A DNA stretch of 64,000 nucleotides from Terriglobia bacterium (GTDB lineage Bacteria; Acidobacteriota; Terriglobia; Acidiferrales; UBA7541): assembly GCA_963695545.1 (NCBI GenBank), contig OY968796.1:3296001-3360000 (forward strand), read 5' to 3'. Shown here one piece after another: positions 20,786 to 30,757 of the stretch (its first letter is position 1; each line of letters begins with the position of its first letter). Under the pieces are notes generated by a model. It saw only the letters and a list, made by a program, of their open reading frames with translations, searched no databases and was not told where the DNA came from. Both the position numbers and the translations under genes were made by a program.

Positions 20786-21694
20786 GTGTCTCTTCTCGTA
20801 GTGGGATCGGTCGCTTACGACGCGATCGAAACGCCGTTCGGCAAGGTCGAGCGGACGCTCGGCGGCGCGGCCACGTATTCCGCGGTCGCCGCGAGTCATT
20901 TCACGAAGGTGCATCTCGTCGGCGTTGTCGGCGATGATTTCAGCGCCGCCGATTCCGACGTGCTCACCTCGCGACGGATCGATATCGCCGGCCTCGAGCG
21001 CGCCGCCGGCAAAAGTTTCTTCTGGTCCGGCCGCTACAGCGAGAATTTCAACGAGCGCACCACGCTGGTCACGGAGCTCAATGTCTTCGCGGATTTTCGT
21101 CCGAAATTGCCGGAGCATTATCGCGATTCGCCTTACATTTTTCTCGCCAACATCGATCCGACGCTGCAGCGCGATGTCTTGAAACAAGTCCGCCGCAAAC
21201 CCAAGCTCGTGACGCTCGACACCATGAATTATTGGATCGAGCGCACTCCCGACGAACTGCGCGAAACGTTGCGGCACACCAACGTCCTGATGATCAACGA
21301 TTCCGAAACGCGTCAACTCTCCAGCGAACATAATTTGCTCCGCGCCGCGCGCCATATTTTTAAACTCGGCCCGCGCACGCTGGTCATCAAGCGCGGCGAG
21401 TACGGCGCCATGATGGTCCACGAAGGGAAAGCGTTTTGCGTCCCCGCGTTTCCTCTCGAAGAAGTGAACGATCCCACCGGCGCCGGCGATAGTTTTGCCG
21501 GCGGCTTCATGGGCTATCTCGCCGGCCGCGGCCGCGCCACAACCGAAGACCTGAAGCGCGCCATGGTCTACGGTTCCGTGATGGGCAGCTTCGCCGTCGA
21601 GCAATTCGGCCTCGATCGCTTGCGCCGCGTCACGCGGCGCGAAATCAACGTACGCGCCAAGCATTTCGCTCGCCTCACGCAGTTCACTCTCTAG
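20786..21694 (+). CDS. PfkB family carbohydrate/nucleoside kinase
   Basis: GGAATY, DTMN and DPTGAGDSFAGG motifs; GTG start after AGGAGG. Confidence 0.92.
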   Translation: MSLLVVGSVAYDAIETPFGKVERTLGGAATYSAVAASHFTKVHLVGVVGDDFSAADSDVLTSRRIDIAGLERAAGKSFFWSGRYSENFNERTTLVTELNVFADFRPKLPEHYRDSPYIFLANIDPTLQRDVLKQVRRKPKLVTLDTMNYWIERTPDELRETLRHTNVLMINDSETRQLSSEHNLLRAARHIFKLGPRTLVIKRGEYGAMMVHEGKAFCVPAFPLEEVNDPTGAGDSFAGGFMGYLAGRGRATTEDLKRAMVYGSVMGSFAVEQFGLDRLRRVTRREINVRAKHFARLTQFTL

Positions 21695-21796
21695 CGTCAT
21701 GCCGCGCGCGCCGCGGCGCGGGCGAGCAAGCCGGCGTTGTATACTCCGGCGTTCCGCTCGTGCGCGGGTTCGGATTAGAACCCGCGGCAATGAAAC

Positions 21797-22747
21797 ATGA
21801 CGCGTCCACACAAACCGCCCGCCCTCGCTCCCGGCAGCGTCGTCACGCTGGTGTCGCCCGGGTCTCCGGCCGACGCGCGTTCGATCGCGCGCGGCACGGC
21901 TGAGCTGCGCCGGCTGGGATGGACGCCGCGCCGCGTCGCACTGAAGGAGCGGCCCGATGGTTACTTTGCCGCGTCGGCTCGCGGGCGCGCCGCGGAAATG
22001 TTATCGGCGCTGCGCACCGCGCGAACGGACGCTGTGATCTGCGTGCGCGGCGGCTACGGCAGCGCCGAGATTCTCGAAGCGCTCGCGAGCGCGCGCGGCC
22101 TGCACCCCAAACTTCTCATCGGCTTTAGCGACATCACCTCCGTACAAGTTTTTCTCTGGCAACGGCTCGGTTGGGTCACGTTGTATGGCCCGATGGCCGC
22201 CGCTGGATTTGATGGCCGCGCGGAAAAGCGGCATGGGTACGCCGCCGCATCGCTTGTGAGCGCCGTGAGTGTCACGCGCGGCGGCTGGCGAATTCCGCTC
22301 GAAGGCCGTACGCTTGTTCGCGGATCGGCGACCGGGCGCCTGCTCGGCGGCTGCGTGACTCTGCTTGAGACCACGCTCGGAACGCCGTGGGAATTCGATG
22401 CGCGCGGCGCGATTCTGCTGCTTGAAGATCGCGGCGTGCGTCCGTACCAACTCGATCGCATGCTCTTGCATTTTCGCCAAGCCGGAAAATTCAAAGGCGT
22501 GCGCGGCATGGTGCTCGGCGAATTTCCGGACGCCGGCTCTTCGCGCGCGGGCGTGACGATCATCGACGTGTGTCGACGTCGCCTAGGCGATCTCGGCGTG
22601 CCGATCGTTTTCGGCGCGCCTATCGGCCACACGCCGCGTGCCATGCTTACGATTCCTCTCGGCGTGCGCGCGCGGCTTGATGCATTAGGCGAAGGGCGCC
22701 TCGATATTCTGGAACCGGCGGTTGCGGCGCGCGAGAAAAAGAAATGA
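21797..22747 (+). CDS. ldcA: LD-carboxypeptidase (peptidase S66)
   Basis: RGGYG, GFSD (Ser), LED (Glu) and GH (His) catalytic triad. Confidence 0.88.
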   Translation: MTRPHKPPALAPGSVVTLVSPGSPADARSIARGTAELRRLGWTPRRVALKERPDGYFAASARGRAAEMLSALRTARTDAVICVRGGYGSAEILEALASARGLHPKLLIGFSDITSVQVFLWQRLGWVTLYGPMAAAGFDGRAEKRHGYAAASLVSAVSVTRGGWRIPLEGRTLVRGSATGRLLGGCVTLLETTLGTPWEFDARGAILLLEDRGVRPYQLDRMLLHFRQAGKFKGVRGMVLGEFPDAGSSRAGVTIIDVCRRRLGDLGVPIVFGAPIGHTPRAMLTIPLGVRARLDALGEGRLDILEPAVAAREKKK

Positions 22748-24186
22748 CGACGACACCACGGACGCAGCGCGTGCACATGATCGGCATCGGCGGCTCGGCC
22801 ATGGCCGCCGTGGCGGGCCTTTTGGCGGAGCGCGGTTTCAAAGTCACCGGCTCCGACGTCGGCGTGTATCCGCCGGCCTCGACGCTGCTTGAAACGCTGG
22901 GCATTCGCTGGAGCAACGGTTTCGCCGCGGCGAATCTCGAACCGCGGCCGGATTGGGTCGTCGTCGGCAATGCGGTGTCGCGCGGCAATCCCGAAGTCGA
23001 GGCGATGCTCGACGCGCATCTGCCGTATCGTTCGCTGCCGCAGGTACTCGAGGAATTCTTCATCCCGGGCCACGATTCGATCGTGGTCACCGGAACGCAT
23101 GGCAAGACCACGACCACTTCGCTCCTCGCCTGGATCTTTGAAGTCGCAGGGCGGAAGCCGAATTTCCTCGTCGGCGGCATCGCCGAGAATTTCGGTCGCA
23201 GCTACGGACTCGGCGGCGGCGAGGAAATTATTCTCGAAGGCGACGAATACGATTCCGCATTTTTCGATAAGGCTCCAAAATTCCTGCACTATCATCCCGA
23301 CGAACTGATCGTCACCTCGCTTGAATTCGATCACGCTGATATCTATGCCGATCTCGCCGCCATCGAGCTTCAGTTCCGCCGCCTCGTGAATCTTGTTCCG
23401 CGCCGCGGGCGCATTGTGGCGTGGGGAGAGAGCCCGACGGTTGCCGCAGCCGTCAGCAAAGCGTTCTGCCCGGTTGAAACCTACGGTTTTGGCGCGGACA
23501 CCGATTGGACCGCGGGCGATATTGAAGTGGTTGACGGCGCCACAGAATTTCGCATCGCGCGGCGCGGCAGGGAAGTGGCGCGGATTCGCTCGCCGCTCGC
23601 GGGACCCCACAATGTTTTGAACTCTGTCGCTGCGGCGGCCATCGCGCTGGGCCGTGGCGCGGAGCGCCAAGCGGTGGAAGATGCGCTCGGTAGTTTCCGA
23701 AATGTTTTGCGGCGCCTGGAAGTGAAGGGCGAGGCAGACGGCGTGCTGATCGTCGATGATTTTGCGCATCATCCCACCGCCATTCGCGCGACGATTGAAG
23801 CGGCGCGCACGCGCTGGCCGGGCCGCAAGTTATGGGCGATCTTCGAGCCGCGATCGAACACTATGCGCCGCCGCGCGGTGGAGGACGATCTCGCCGCCGC
23901 GCTTGCGACGGCCGACGTTGCGATTCTCGGCGCGGTGCACCGGCAGCAGTTGTTGGCTGACGGCGAGCGTCTTTCGCCGGAGCGTGTTCTCGCTGCGGTG
24001 CGCGCTGCCGGGAAAACGGGCGAAGCGTTCGATTCGGCGGAAGAAATCGCCGAATTTCTCGCGGAGAAAGCCCAGCCGAATGATTTGGCCTTGGTAATGT
24101 CAAACGGCAGCTTCGACGGACTCTGCAATCTTCTGCTGCAAGAATTATCGGAGCGCGCATCGGCGAAGCGAGTCCATCGAACATGA
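22744..24186 (+). CDS. mpl: Murein tripeptide ligase Mpl
   Basis: GIGGSAM, YPP, GTHGKTTT, EGDEYDSAFFDK, DDFAHHPTAI, FEPRSNT and MSNGSF motifs. Confidence 0.92.
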   Translation: MTTTPRTQRVHMIGIGGSAMAAVAGLLAERGFKVTGSDVGVYPPASTLLETLGIRWSNGFAAANLEPRPDWVVVGNAVSRGNPEVEAMLDAHLPYRSLPQVLEEFFIPGHDSIVVTGTHGKTTTTSLLAWIFEVAGRKPNFLVGGIAENFGRSYGLGGGEEIILEGDEYDSAFFDKAPKFLHYHPDELIVTSLEFDHADIYADLAAIELQFRRLVNLVPRRGRIVAWGESPTVAAAVSKAFCPVETYGFGADTDWTAGDIEVVDGATEFRIARRGREVARIRSPLAGPHNVLNSVAAAAIALGRGAERQAVEDALGSFRNVLRRLEVKGEADGVLIVDDFAHHPTAIRATIEAARTRWPGRKLWAIFEPRSNTMRRRAVEDDLAAALATADVAILGAVHRQQLLADGERLSPERVLAAVRAAGKTGEAFDSAEEIAEFLAEKAQPNDLALVMSNGSFDGLCNLLLQELSERASAKRVHRT

Positions 24187-25754
24187 AGCGGTTGCGCCGT
24201 TCGCTGCGCCTTGCTCACTTGCTTCGCGTGGCCACTGGCATGGCGTTGTTTTGCTGCGTCGCGCCTCCGGCACACGCCACTATCTCCTACAAAGTTTCCC
24301 TCGCGAATCGCGATCAGCACCGCTTTCACGTCACAATGACTGTGCCGAACGCGACGGGGCAAGTGACTGTGCGCATGGCGGCGTGGAACGCGCTCTATCA
24401 GATTCGCGATTTCGCCTATCGCGTTAGTTCGCTCGCAGCTCGCGATGATTCCGGACCCGCCGCTACCGTGAAGACCGACAAGGAAACCTGGTCGATCACG
24501 GCGCACGGAACGCTGACGGTGGAATACGACACGGAGTGGAACGATTCGGGTCCATTCGCCTGCCAACTGGACACGAGCCACGCCTTCATCAATCCCGCGA
24601 TGATTCTGATGTACGTGCCCGAGCGGCGCGGCGAGGACGCGCGCATCGCATTCACCGATGCGCCCGCGAACTGGCACATCGCCGTGGAACTGCCTGAAGC
24701 GGCGGATGGCGGCGGGCACGCATTCACGGCGGCGGACTTCGACGCGCTGGCCGACGCGCCGTTCGATATCGGGACGTTTGACGAGTTCACGTTCCAAGCC
24801 GGCGGGCGGCCGATTCGCGTGGCGATTTCGGGGCGCGGATGGAAGCGCGATCAATTGACCGACATTCTGACGCGCATCGTGAACAACGAAGTGGCGATGA
24901 TGGGCGGCGCTCCGTTCCGCGAATATCTTTTCGAGTTTCATATCGGCGAAGGCTGGGGCGGCGGCATGGAGCACATGAACTCGACGTCGATATTTGTCGC
25001 CAACATGGGGCAGCTCCCCGGCGTTTCGGCGCACGAGTTGTTCCACGCGTGGAACGTTAAACGCATTCGCCCCGCCTCGCTCGAGCCGCTGGACGACACG
25101 CGCGAGATGTATACGCGCGCGCTGTGGTTCGCCGAAGGCGTCACGAACACGTACGAGGACTACGTGATGGTGCGCACGGGGCTGTGGGACAAAGCCCAGC
25201 TGTACGATGAGATCGCGCAGCGGATCGGCGAGATCGAATCACGGCCGGCGCACGTTTGGCAGAGCGCGGAACAATCGAGCCTCGATGCGTGGTTCGAGAA
25301 GTACGACCTCTACAACCAAGGCGACTTCAGCGTTTCGTACTACGACAAGGGCGAACTGCTTGGGCTGCTGCTCGATATCGAGATGCGCGAAGCGTCGAAC
25401 GATCGCGTGGGCCTCGATGACTTGATGCGCGCGATGAATGCGGATTTCGCGATGAAGCATCGCTACTACAACGATTCGGTCGATATCCGCGCGACGGCGG
25501 AAGAAGTTTTGCGGCAAGCGGGCGTCACGGGCGCGGCGGCGGATCTTGGTCCTTTCTTCGCGAAGTACGTGGCCGGCGTGGCGGAGATTCCGTTCGCGGA
25601 TTTTCTGGCTGATGCCGGGCTTGCGCTTGAACCGAGTTCGCATAACTCGCCGCCCGGCTATCGCATCGTCGAAATGAGCACTCCCTCCGATCTTCAATTG
25701 CGCATTCGCAATTCAATTCTTTCGGGGAGCACGGCGCCAATCGCGGCCCATTGA
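24183..25754 (+). CDS. Exported M61 family metallopeptidase
   Basis: Signal peptide; GGMEH, HELFHAWN, LWFAEG and SYYDKG motifs. Confidence 0.88.
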   Translation: MKRLRRSLRLAHLLRVATGMALFCCVAPPAHATISYKVSLANRDQHRFHVTMTVPNATGQVTVRMAAWNALYQIRDFAYRVSSLAARDDSGPAATVKTDKETWSITAHGTLTVEYDTEWNDSGPFACQLDTSHAFINPAMILMYVPERRGEDARIAFTDAPANWHIAVELPEAADGGGHAFTAADFDALADAPFDIGTFDEFTFQAGGRPIRVAISGRGWKRDQLTDILTRIVNNEVAMMGGAPFREYLFEFHIGEGWGGGMEHMNSTSIFVANMGQLPGVSAHELFHAWNVKRIRPASLEPLDDTREMYTRALWFAEGVTNTYEDYVMVRTGLWDKAQLYDEIAQRIGEIESRPAHVWQSAEQSSLDAWFEKYDLYNQGDFSVSYYDKGELLGLLLDIEMREASNDRVGLDDLMRAMNADFAMKHRYYNDSVDIRATAEEVLRQAGVTGAAADLGPFFAKYVAGVAEIPFADFLADAGLALEPSSHNSPPGYRIVEMSTPSDLQLRIRNSILSGSTAPIAAH

Positions 25755-25781
25755 CGGGCTAACGGCAACGCCAGGGCAAAG

Positions 25782-25808
25782 GCTGCCAGCCTGAAGGCTG
25801 GCGCTACA
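25782..25808 (-). repeat. GTAG-type REP-like palindrome, copy 1
   Basis: Minus strand TGTAGC-GCCAGCC-TTCA-GGCTGGC-AGC; same length and ends as 27581-27607. Confidence 0.65.
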
Positions 25809-25838
25809 AAATTCAAAAGCCAGTCACAAATATTCCAG

Positions 25839-26888
25839 TCAACGTCCTGTGGATTTCGCTGTTAATTTATCGACCTGGGCGCGAAGCTCGCGCACGGTGC
25901 GCACCAGGTCGGGCAGGCTTTTTAGCGCGACGGAACTTTTCATCCAGAGTTTGTGATCCATCACGGGGGCGCCGGAAAGATAGGCGCCGGCGGGGACATC
26001 GTGGGCGACGCCGCTTTGCGGCGTGAGGATCGCACCGTCGCCGATTTCAAGGTGGCCGGCGCAGCCGACTTGCCCGAGGAGCAGGCAATTTTTTCCGACG
26101 CGCGCGGAACCGGAAATGCCGACCTGGCCGCAGAGCAGCGTGTCGTCGCCGATTTCGGCGCCGTGACCGACCAGAGCAAGATCGTCAATCTTGACGCCGC
26201 GATGAATCAGGGTGCGGCCGACGGTGGCGCGATCGACGCAGGAATTGGCTTGGATCTCGACGTCGTCTTCGATTTCGGCGGGGCCAGTTTGGGGGATTTT
26301 TTGCCAGTGGCCGGCGGAATCTTTGGCGAAGCCGAAGCCATCGGCGCCGACGATCACGCCGTTTTGCAGAATTACCCGATTGCCGATTTTGCATGACTCG
26401 CGAATCACGGCGTGCGAATGCGCGAGGCAATCGTCGCCGATGCGCGCATCGCGATAGACGGTGACGAAACTGTGAAGCACGGTGTTGCGGCCGATCACGG
26501 CACCTTCGTCGACGAAGCAGTAGGGGCCGATGTGCGATCCTTCGCCGATGCGCGCTGTGGATGCGACGACGGCGGTCGGATGAATGCCCGGGGCGTAGCG
26601 CGGAGCGGGATGGAAGAATCCGAGAGCGCGCGCGAAATCGAGATAGGGATTCGCGGAGCGCAGTAGGGCAAGCGGCGGCAAGCCCGAGTCGCGGTCGACG
26701 CGCTCGTCGTCAGCGAGGATCACGGCGGCGGCGCGGGTGGAGCGCAGGGCGGCGCGATATTTCGGATTCGAGAGAAACGTGATTTGGCCGGGGCCGGCTG
26801 TTTCGAGTCCGGTGGCGGACGAGATCTCGATTTCCGGATCGCCTTCGATCCGGCATTGCAGGCGCTGTGCGAGGTCGCGCAGTTTCAT
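25839..26888 (-). CDS. lpxD: UDP-3-O-(3-hydroxymyristoyl)glucosamine N-acyltransferase
   Basis: ITFLSNPKY, NPY, hexapeptide repeats, GADGFGF, KIPQTG and DRAT motifs; ATG 26888. Confidence 0.93.
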   Translation of the reverse strand: MKLRDLAQRLQCRIEGDPEIEISSATGLETAGPGQITFLSNPKYRAALRSTRAAAVILADDERVDRDSGLPPLALLRSANPYLDFARALGFFHPAPRYAPGIHPTAVVASTARIGEGSHIGPYCFVDEGAVIGRNTVLHSFVTVYRDARIGDDCLAHSHAVIRESCKIGNRVILQNGVIVGADGFGFAKDSAGHWQKIPQTGPAEIEDDVEIQANSCVDRATVGRTLIHRGVKIDDLALVGHGAEIGDDTLLCGQVGISGSARVGKNCLLLGQVGCAGHLEIGDGAILTPQSGVAHDVPAGAYLSGAPVMDHKLWMKSSVALKSLPDLVRTVRELRAQVDKLTAKSTGR

Positions 26889-27163
26889 GAGGCAATCTCC
26901 TTCAATCGTGGTTCGAGTCCGCCACGGCGGACAAAAATCGGTGCCAAGCATACCGCGCGAGCGGTGCCGGCGTCGCCATGGTCGGGCGTAGCGCGCGAGC
27001 TTGGCTGCGCATCCCGGCACGACCAACCAAGGGAGACGGCGCCGTGCGGAGGTGGTTTGTGGTCGAAGCGGAAATGGGCGCGGTTTGTTTGACAATAACT
27101 CCTGTTCCCCTATATACCCCCCTACCAAATACGTAAAATGCTGAACGCAAAGGGTTTCCAGGG

Positions 27164-27232
27164 AAAGAGTGCGCATGAGTGTGAAAACAAGGGAGTTTAA
27201 ACTCATGCGTTTGAGCGGGTTGCGCACTCTTT
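27164..27232. repeat. Intergenic inverted repeat, 12-bp arms AAAGAGTGCGCA/TGCGCACTCTTT
   Basis: Perfect arms at 27164-27175 and 27221-27232 within an AT-richer spacer. Confidence 0.7.
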
Positions 27233-27580
27233 TTCACGGCCTTGAAAATAAACGGGTTGGAGGCGCACTTTTTTGCAAATGAGTGCGGATCCCTGTGGAG
27301 TTTTGCGGCGTTTCCCGTGCGCCGACGTTCGCACGGAGCGCTCGGCTTTAGTAGATTGCCTCGCGGAGCTGGGTCGGGCGGGAAGAACGGGCGAACGCGA
27401 GCCGTGGAGATGGATTGTCCGAGAGTCATGCATGAGCCTAGCACAGCAGATGCACACACGTCAATATAATTAATGAGTTATTCGAATAGGATGGGTAGAA
27501 AGGTGCCGGAGTTTTCGAATGACGGGAACGATGAGACGTTGTGAATCGGGCAGATTTGGCATCGGAGGCGGAGGCAAAAT

Positions 27581-27607
27581 GCTGCCGACCCGGAGCTCGG
27601 CGCTACA
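27581..27607 (-). repeat. GTAG-type REP-like palindrome, copy 2
   Basis: Minus strand TGTAGC-GCCGAGC-TCCG-GGTCGGC-AGC. Confidence 0.62.
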
Positions 27608-27711
27608 CAAGCCAAACTGTACTCGCCACGGGCCACTCGGTGTTGTGCGGGCATCTAACTTTTTAGCAGAACGCCCGATCGCAGTGATCCAGCGAAAGTG
27701 AGTTGCCGCCA

Positions 27712-28728
27712 ATGACTTCCGAGAGGAACGGACGTGTAGTTGTCACAGCGCTCGGCGGCCCGGAGGTGCTGAAGTACGTGGAGGAGGACATGCCGGCCCC
27801 GGGCGCTGGCGAGGTGCGCGTAAAGGTGCTGGCGGCGGGGGTGGCGTATGCCGACATTTTGATTCGGCGCGGATTATATCCGGACCAACCATCGCTTCCG
27901 TGCTCGCCGGGATACGACGTTGTGGGGGACATTGACGCGGTGGGCGAGGGCGTGACGGAATTTCGCGCGGGGCAGCGCGTCGCGGCGCTGACCATGATCG
28001 GCGGATATAGCCGATTCACGATTGTTCCGGCGGCGCATCTTGTTTTGGTTCCGGACGGGCTCGACCCGGCGGAGGCGGTGAGCCTGGTGCTGAATTACGT
28101 GACGGCCTATCAGATGCTGCATCGCGTGGCGCATTTAGGAGATGGCCAGAAGATGCTGGTGCACGGAGCGGCGGGCGGGGTGGGCACGGCGGCGCTGCAA
28201 CTCGGGAAGATTTGCGGCCTGACGATGTTCGGCACGGCCAGCAAGGCAAAGCACGCGTTGGTGACGGCGCTGGGGGCCACGCCGATCGACTATCGCACGG
28301 AAAATTTCGCGACGCGGATCCGGCAGCTTGCGCCGGAGGGACTCGACTGCGTGCTCGATCCGATTGGCGGAACACAGTGGTGGGCATCGTACGGATGTTT
28401 GCGGCGCGGCGGGATTTTGGTGTGTTACGGGGCGCAAACAATGATGACGAAAGGCAAAATGGCCGCGGGTCTGGGGTTTGCGCTGGTAGGTCTAATGAAG
28501 ATTCTTCCGGACGGGAAACATGTGTCGTGGTTCAACGCCAAGACTTTTCGCAACGAGCATCCGGAATGGTTTCGCGAGGATTTGTCGCGGCTGTTTGAGC
28601 TTTTGAAGGCGCGTGCGATTGAGCCGGTGATCGCGGCGCGGTTTCCATTGCGCGAGGCGGCGCGGGCGAATGACATGCTGGAGAAAGCGCAGGCGTCGGG
28701 GAAGATCGTGTTGCTGCCGCAGGAGTGA
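27712..28728 (+). CDS. Medium-chain dehydrogenase/reductase (quinone oxidoreductase-like)
   Basis: GGPEVL, PGYD, HGAAGGVG NAD(P) motif, GKIVL C-terminus. Confidence 0.9.
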   Translation: MTSERNGRVVVTALGGPEVLKYVEEDMPAPGAGEVRVKVLAAGVAYADILIRRGLYPDQPSLPCSPGYDVVGDIDAVGEGVTEFRAGQRVAALTMIGGYSRFTIVPAAHLVLVPDGLDPAEAVSLVLNYVTAYQMLHRVAHLGDGQKMLVHGAAGGVGTAALQLGKICGLTMFGTASKAKHALVTALGATPIDYRTENFATRIRQLAPEGLDCVLDPIGGTQWWASYGCLRRGGILVCYGAQTMMTKGKMAAGLGFALVGLMKILPDGKHVSWFNAKTFRNEHPEWFREDLSRLFELLKARAIEPVIAARFPLREAARANDMLEKAQASGKIVLLPQE

Positions 28729-28823
28729 CGAGCGCCGAACTCGAGTTTGCGCAGGGCGAGAGACGCGCAGCCCAAACCGCCGTGTGGGGCACCATTGTGC
28801 GTCGGAGAAAAAACGCCCGATGG

Positions 28824-29723
28824 CTAGGTGCGACCGAGCGCGGCGGCGCGCTCGATTGCGGCGTTGATTTCGCCGCCGATCAGGAAGGCCAGTGCGGCGA
28901 CGTAGAGCCAGACCAGAAGAATCATCACGGCGCCGAGCGATCCGTAGAAGGCGGTGTAGGTATTCAGGAAATGGAGATAAACGCGGAAGACGAGCGAGGT
29001 CAGCAGCCATAGAGTGACTCCGAAAGCCGAGCCGGGGGTGATCCAGTGCCACTGGCGCTCGTCCAAATCGGGGCCGTAATAATAAATCACGGAAAAAGAC
29101 ACGAGGACGAAGAGGATGGCAGCGGGCCACTGCAGGGCTTTTAGAAGAAAGACGACCAGCGGTTGCAGGTGAAATCGCGCGCCCAGCCAATCGGCGCCAT
29201 GGGTGCTGACCAGCACGATCAACAAGGCTGCGAGGAGATGAATGGCAATCAGCAGCGTCAACCCGAGTGCGGTGGCGCGGATTTTGAACCAGGAACGATC
29301 GTCGCTAACGCGATAGGCCGCGTTCAGCGCGGAGATCATGGAGCTAACGCCGCTCGAAGCAAACCAGAGCGCGAAAACGATGCCAAAAGTCAGTTTCCCG
29401 CCGCTGGCGCTGTGGGCCAACTCGGCAACCGTGGCTCGCAGGAGTTGGAACGCCGACTGGGGCAGGAAATCCGCGAAATATGAGAGCAGGTCGATTTGAA
29501 GCTCGGCGCCGCGCGTGGCGAAGAGACCGAACAGCGTGAGCATCAAGAGAATCAGCGGGAAAAGCGCGAATAAGAAATCGAATGCCAGCTCGGATGCGCG
29601 TCCGAGAGAGTTATTGGCTTTGATCTGGTCGAAAACATCGCCGACGATTTGCCAAGGGGAGAGACCGCCGAGCTTCCAGAGGGATTTGGATGGGCTCGAG
29701 ATCGATGGGGGTGGATTTGTCAT
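28824..29723 (-). CDS. YihY/BrkB family membrane protein
   Basis: ALFP, LNAAY, PGS, YGSLGAVMILLVWLY and GGEINA motifs. Confidence 0.9.
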   Translation of the reverse strand: MTNPPPSISSPSKSLWKLGGLSPWQIVGDVFDQIKANNSLGRASELAFDFLFALFPLILLMLTLFGLFATRGAELQIDLLSYFADFLPQSAFQLLRATVAELAHSASGGKLTFGIVFALWFASSGVSSMISALNAAYRVSDDRSWFKIRATALGLTLLIAIHLLAALLIVLVSTHGADWLGARFHLQPLVVFLLKALQWPAAILFVLVSFSVIYYYGPDLDERQWHWITPGSAFGVTLWLLTSLVFRVYLHFLNTYTAFYGSLGAVMILLVWLYVAALAFLIGGEINAAIERAAALGRT

Positions 29724-29804
29724 GCGCGCAGCCGGAAATTGCTTCGCGCACATTCTAACGCATAGTGTGGGCGCGAGCGGCGGAGCGGGTGACTGGGCCG
29801 CGCG

Positions 29805-30638
29805 CTATTTTTTCGTCGCGCCGTAGATCGCGGCGACCTGGGACGCACTGAGAGCGACATTCCACACGGCGACTTCGTCAATGCTGCCGTTGAAGAAGCG
29901 GCCGGTCCAGGTGGGGCTTGAGCCGATCGTGAACTGGGAAGTCTTGTTGGGGGTGCTGGGAACCTGCTCGGTGATTACGGGCAGGCCGTCCCAGTAGATC
30001 GCGCGAGTGCCGGCGGCCGAGTCCATTGTGGCTACGATCATGTGCCACTGGTCCAGCAGAGTGGTTTTATCCGGTACGTATGTCGAGTGAGCGCCGCCGC
30101 TGGTGTAAAAGTTTATGCTGTTGTCTGCTTCAAACTGGAGGTCGAAATCGTTGCCGCTTTGGGATTCTCCGGCGACGTAGTCGATGTGACCGATAACGGC
30201 GGGAAGCACGGCGAGGTTGACCCAGGCCATGATGCTGCCCGCGGTGGAGATTCCGCCGATCTGACTTGTGGAGATCCAAGCGTCCGTGCCGTTAAGTACG
30301 GCGCATTGATTGCCGGGGAGGCCGATGGGGGCGCCCGCGGCGTTGGTGACGCCGCCCAGGGACTGATAGGTTGTCGCGCCGACTTCGCTCGGTCCGGTCT
30401 TGGATTCGAGGCGGTAGTAAGCCAGGGGATTGGTAGACGCTGTGGTGGCAACGAAGCCTGATGGCGCAGCAGGGGAAGAGGGCGGGGTGCTGGCGGCGGA
30501 GCTGGGCGCCGAACTCGGCGCGGAATTTGGTTCCGGGTTGGTTGCAGATTTCTGGTGGCAACCGACGGCAAGGACGGAAGCGCTGGCAAGGAGAATGAGG
30601 ATCGATGAGAGATTCAGGCCACGTTGAGATTGAATCAC
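29805..30638 (-). CDS. LamG/concanavalin-like domain lipoprotein
   Basis: AGGAGG RBS plus GTG 30638, lipobox LAVGC, Pro/Ser linker, WHMIVAT and FNGSIDEVAVWNVALS motifs. Confidence 0.82.
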   Translation of the reverse strand: MIQSQRGLNLSSILILLASASVLAVGCHQKSATNPEPNSAPSSAPSSAASTPPSSPAAPSGFVATTASTNPLAYYRLESKTGPSEVGATTYQSLGGVTNAAGAPIGLPGNQCAVLNGTDAWISTSQIGGISTAGSIMAWVNLAVLPAVIGHIDYVAGESQSGNDFDLQFEADNSINFYTSGGAHSTYVPDKTTLLDQWHMIVATMDSAAGTRAIYWDGLPVITEQVPSTPNKTSQFTIGSSPTWTGRFFNGSIDEVAVWNVALSASQVAAIYGATKK

Positions 30639-30757
30639 GATTCCTCCTCGGAGTGCGACGGGCGAAGGCGGGCGGAGTATAGACCAAGGGCGGTGCGATA
30701 CCAAGATGAAGACGGGAAGTGGAGGGCGCGGGGTCTCCGGCGGACCGCAAACGAAGA

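Noticed and set aside
22054..23772. Long antisense ORFs (also 87-1247, 31497-32954, 38701-40401, 52933-54246 and others)
   Set aside because: Shadow frames of well-supported GC-rich genes; no recognisable motifs
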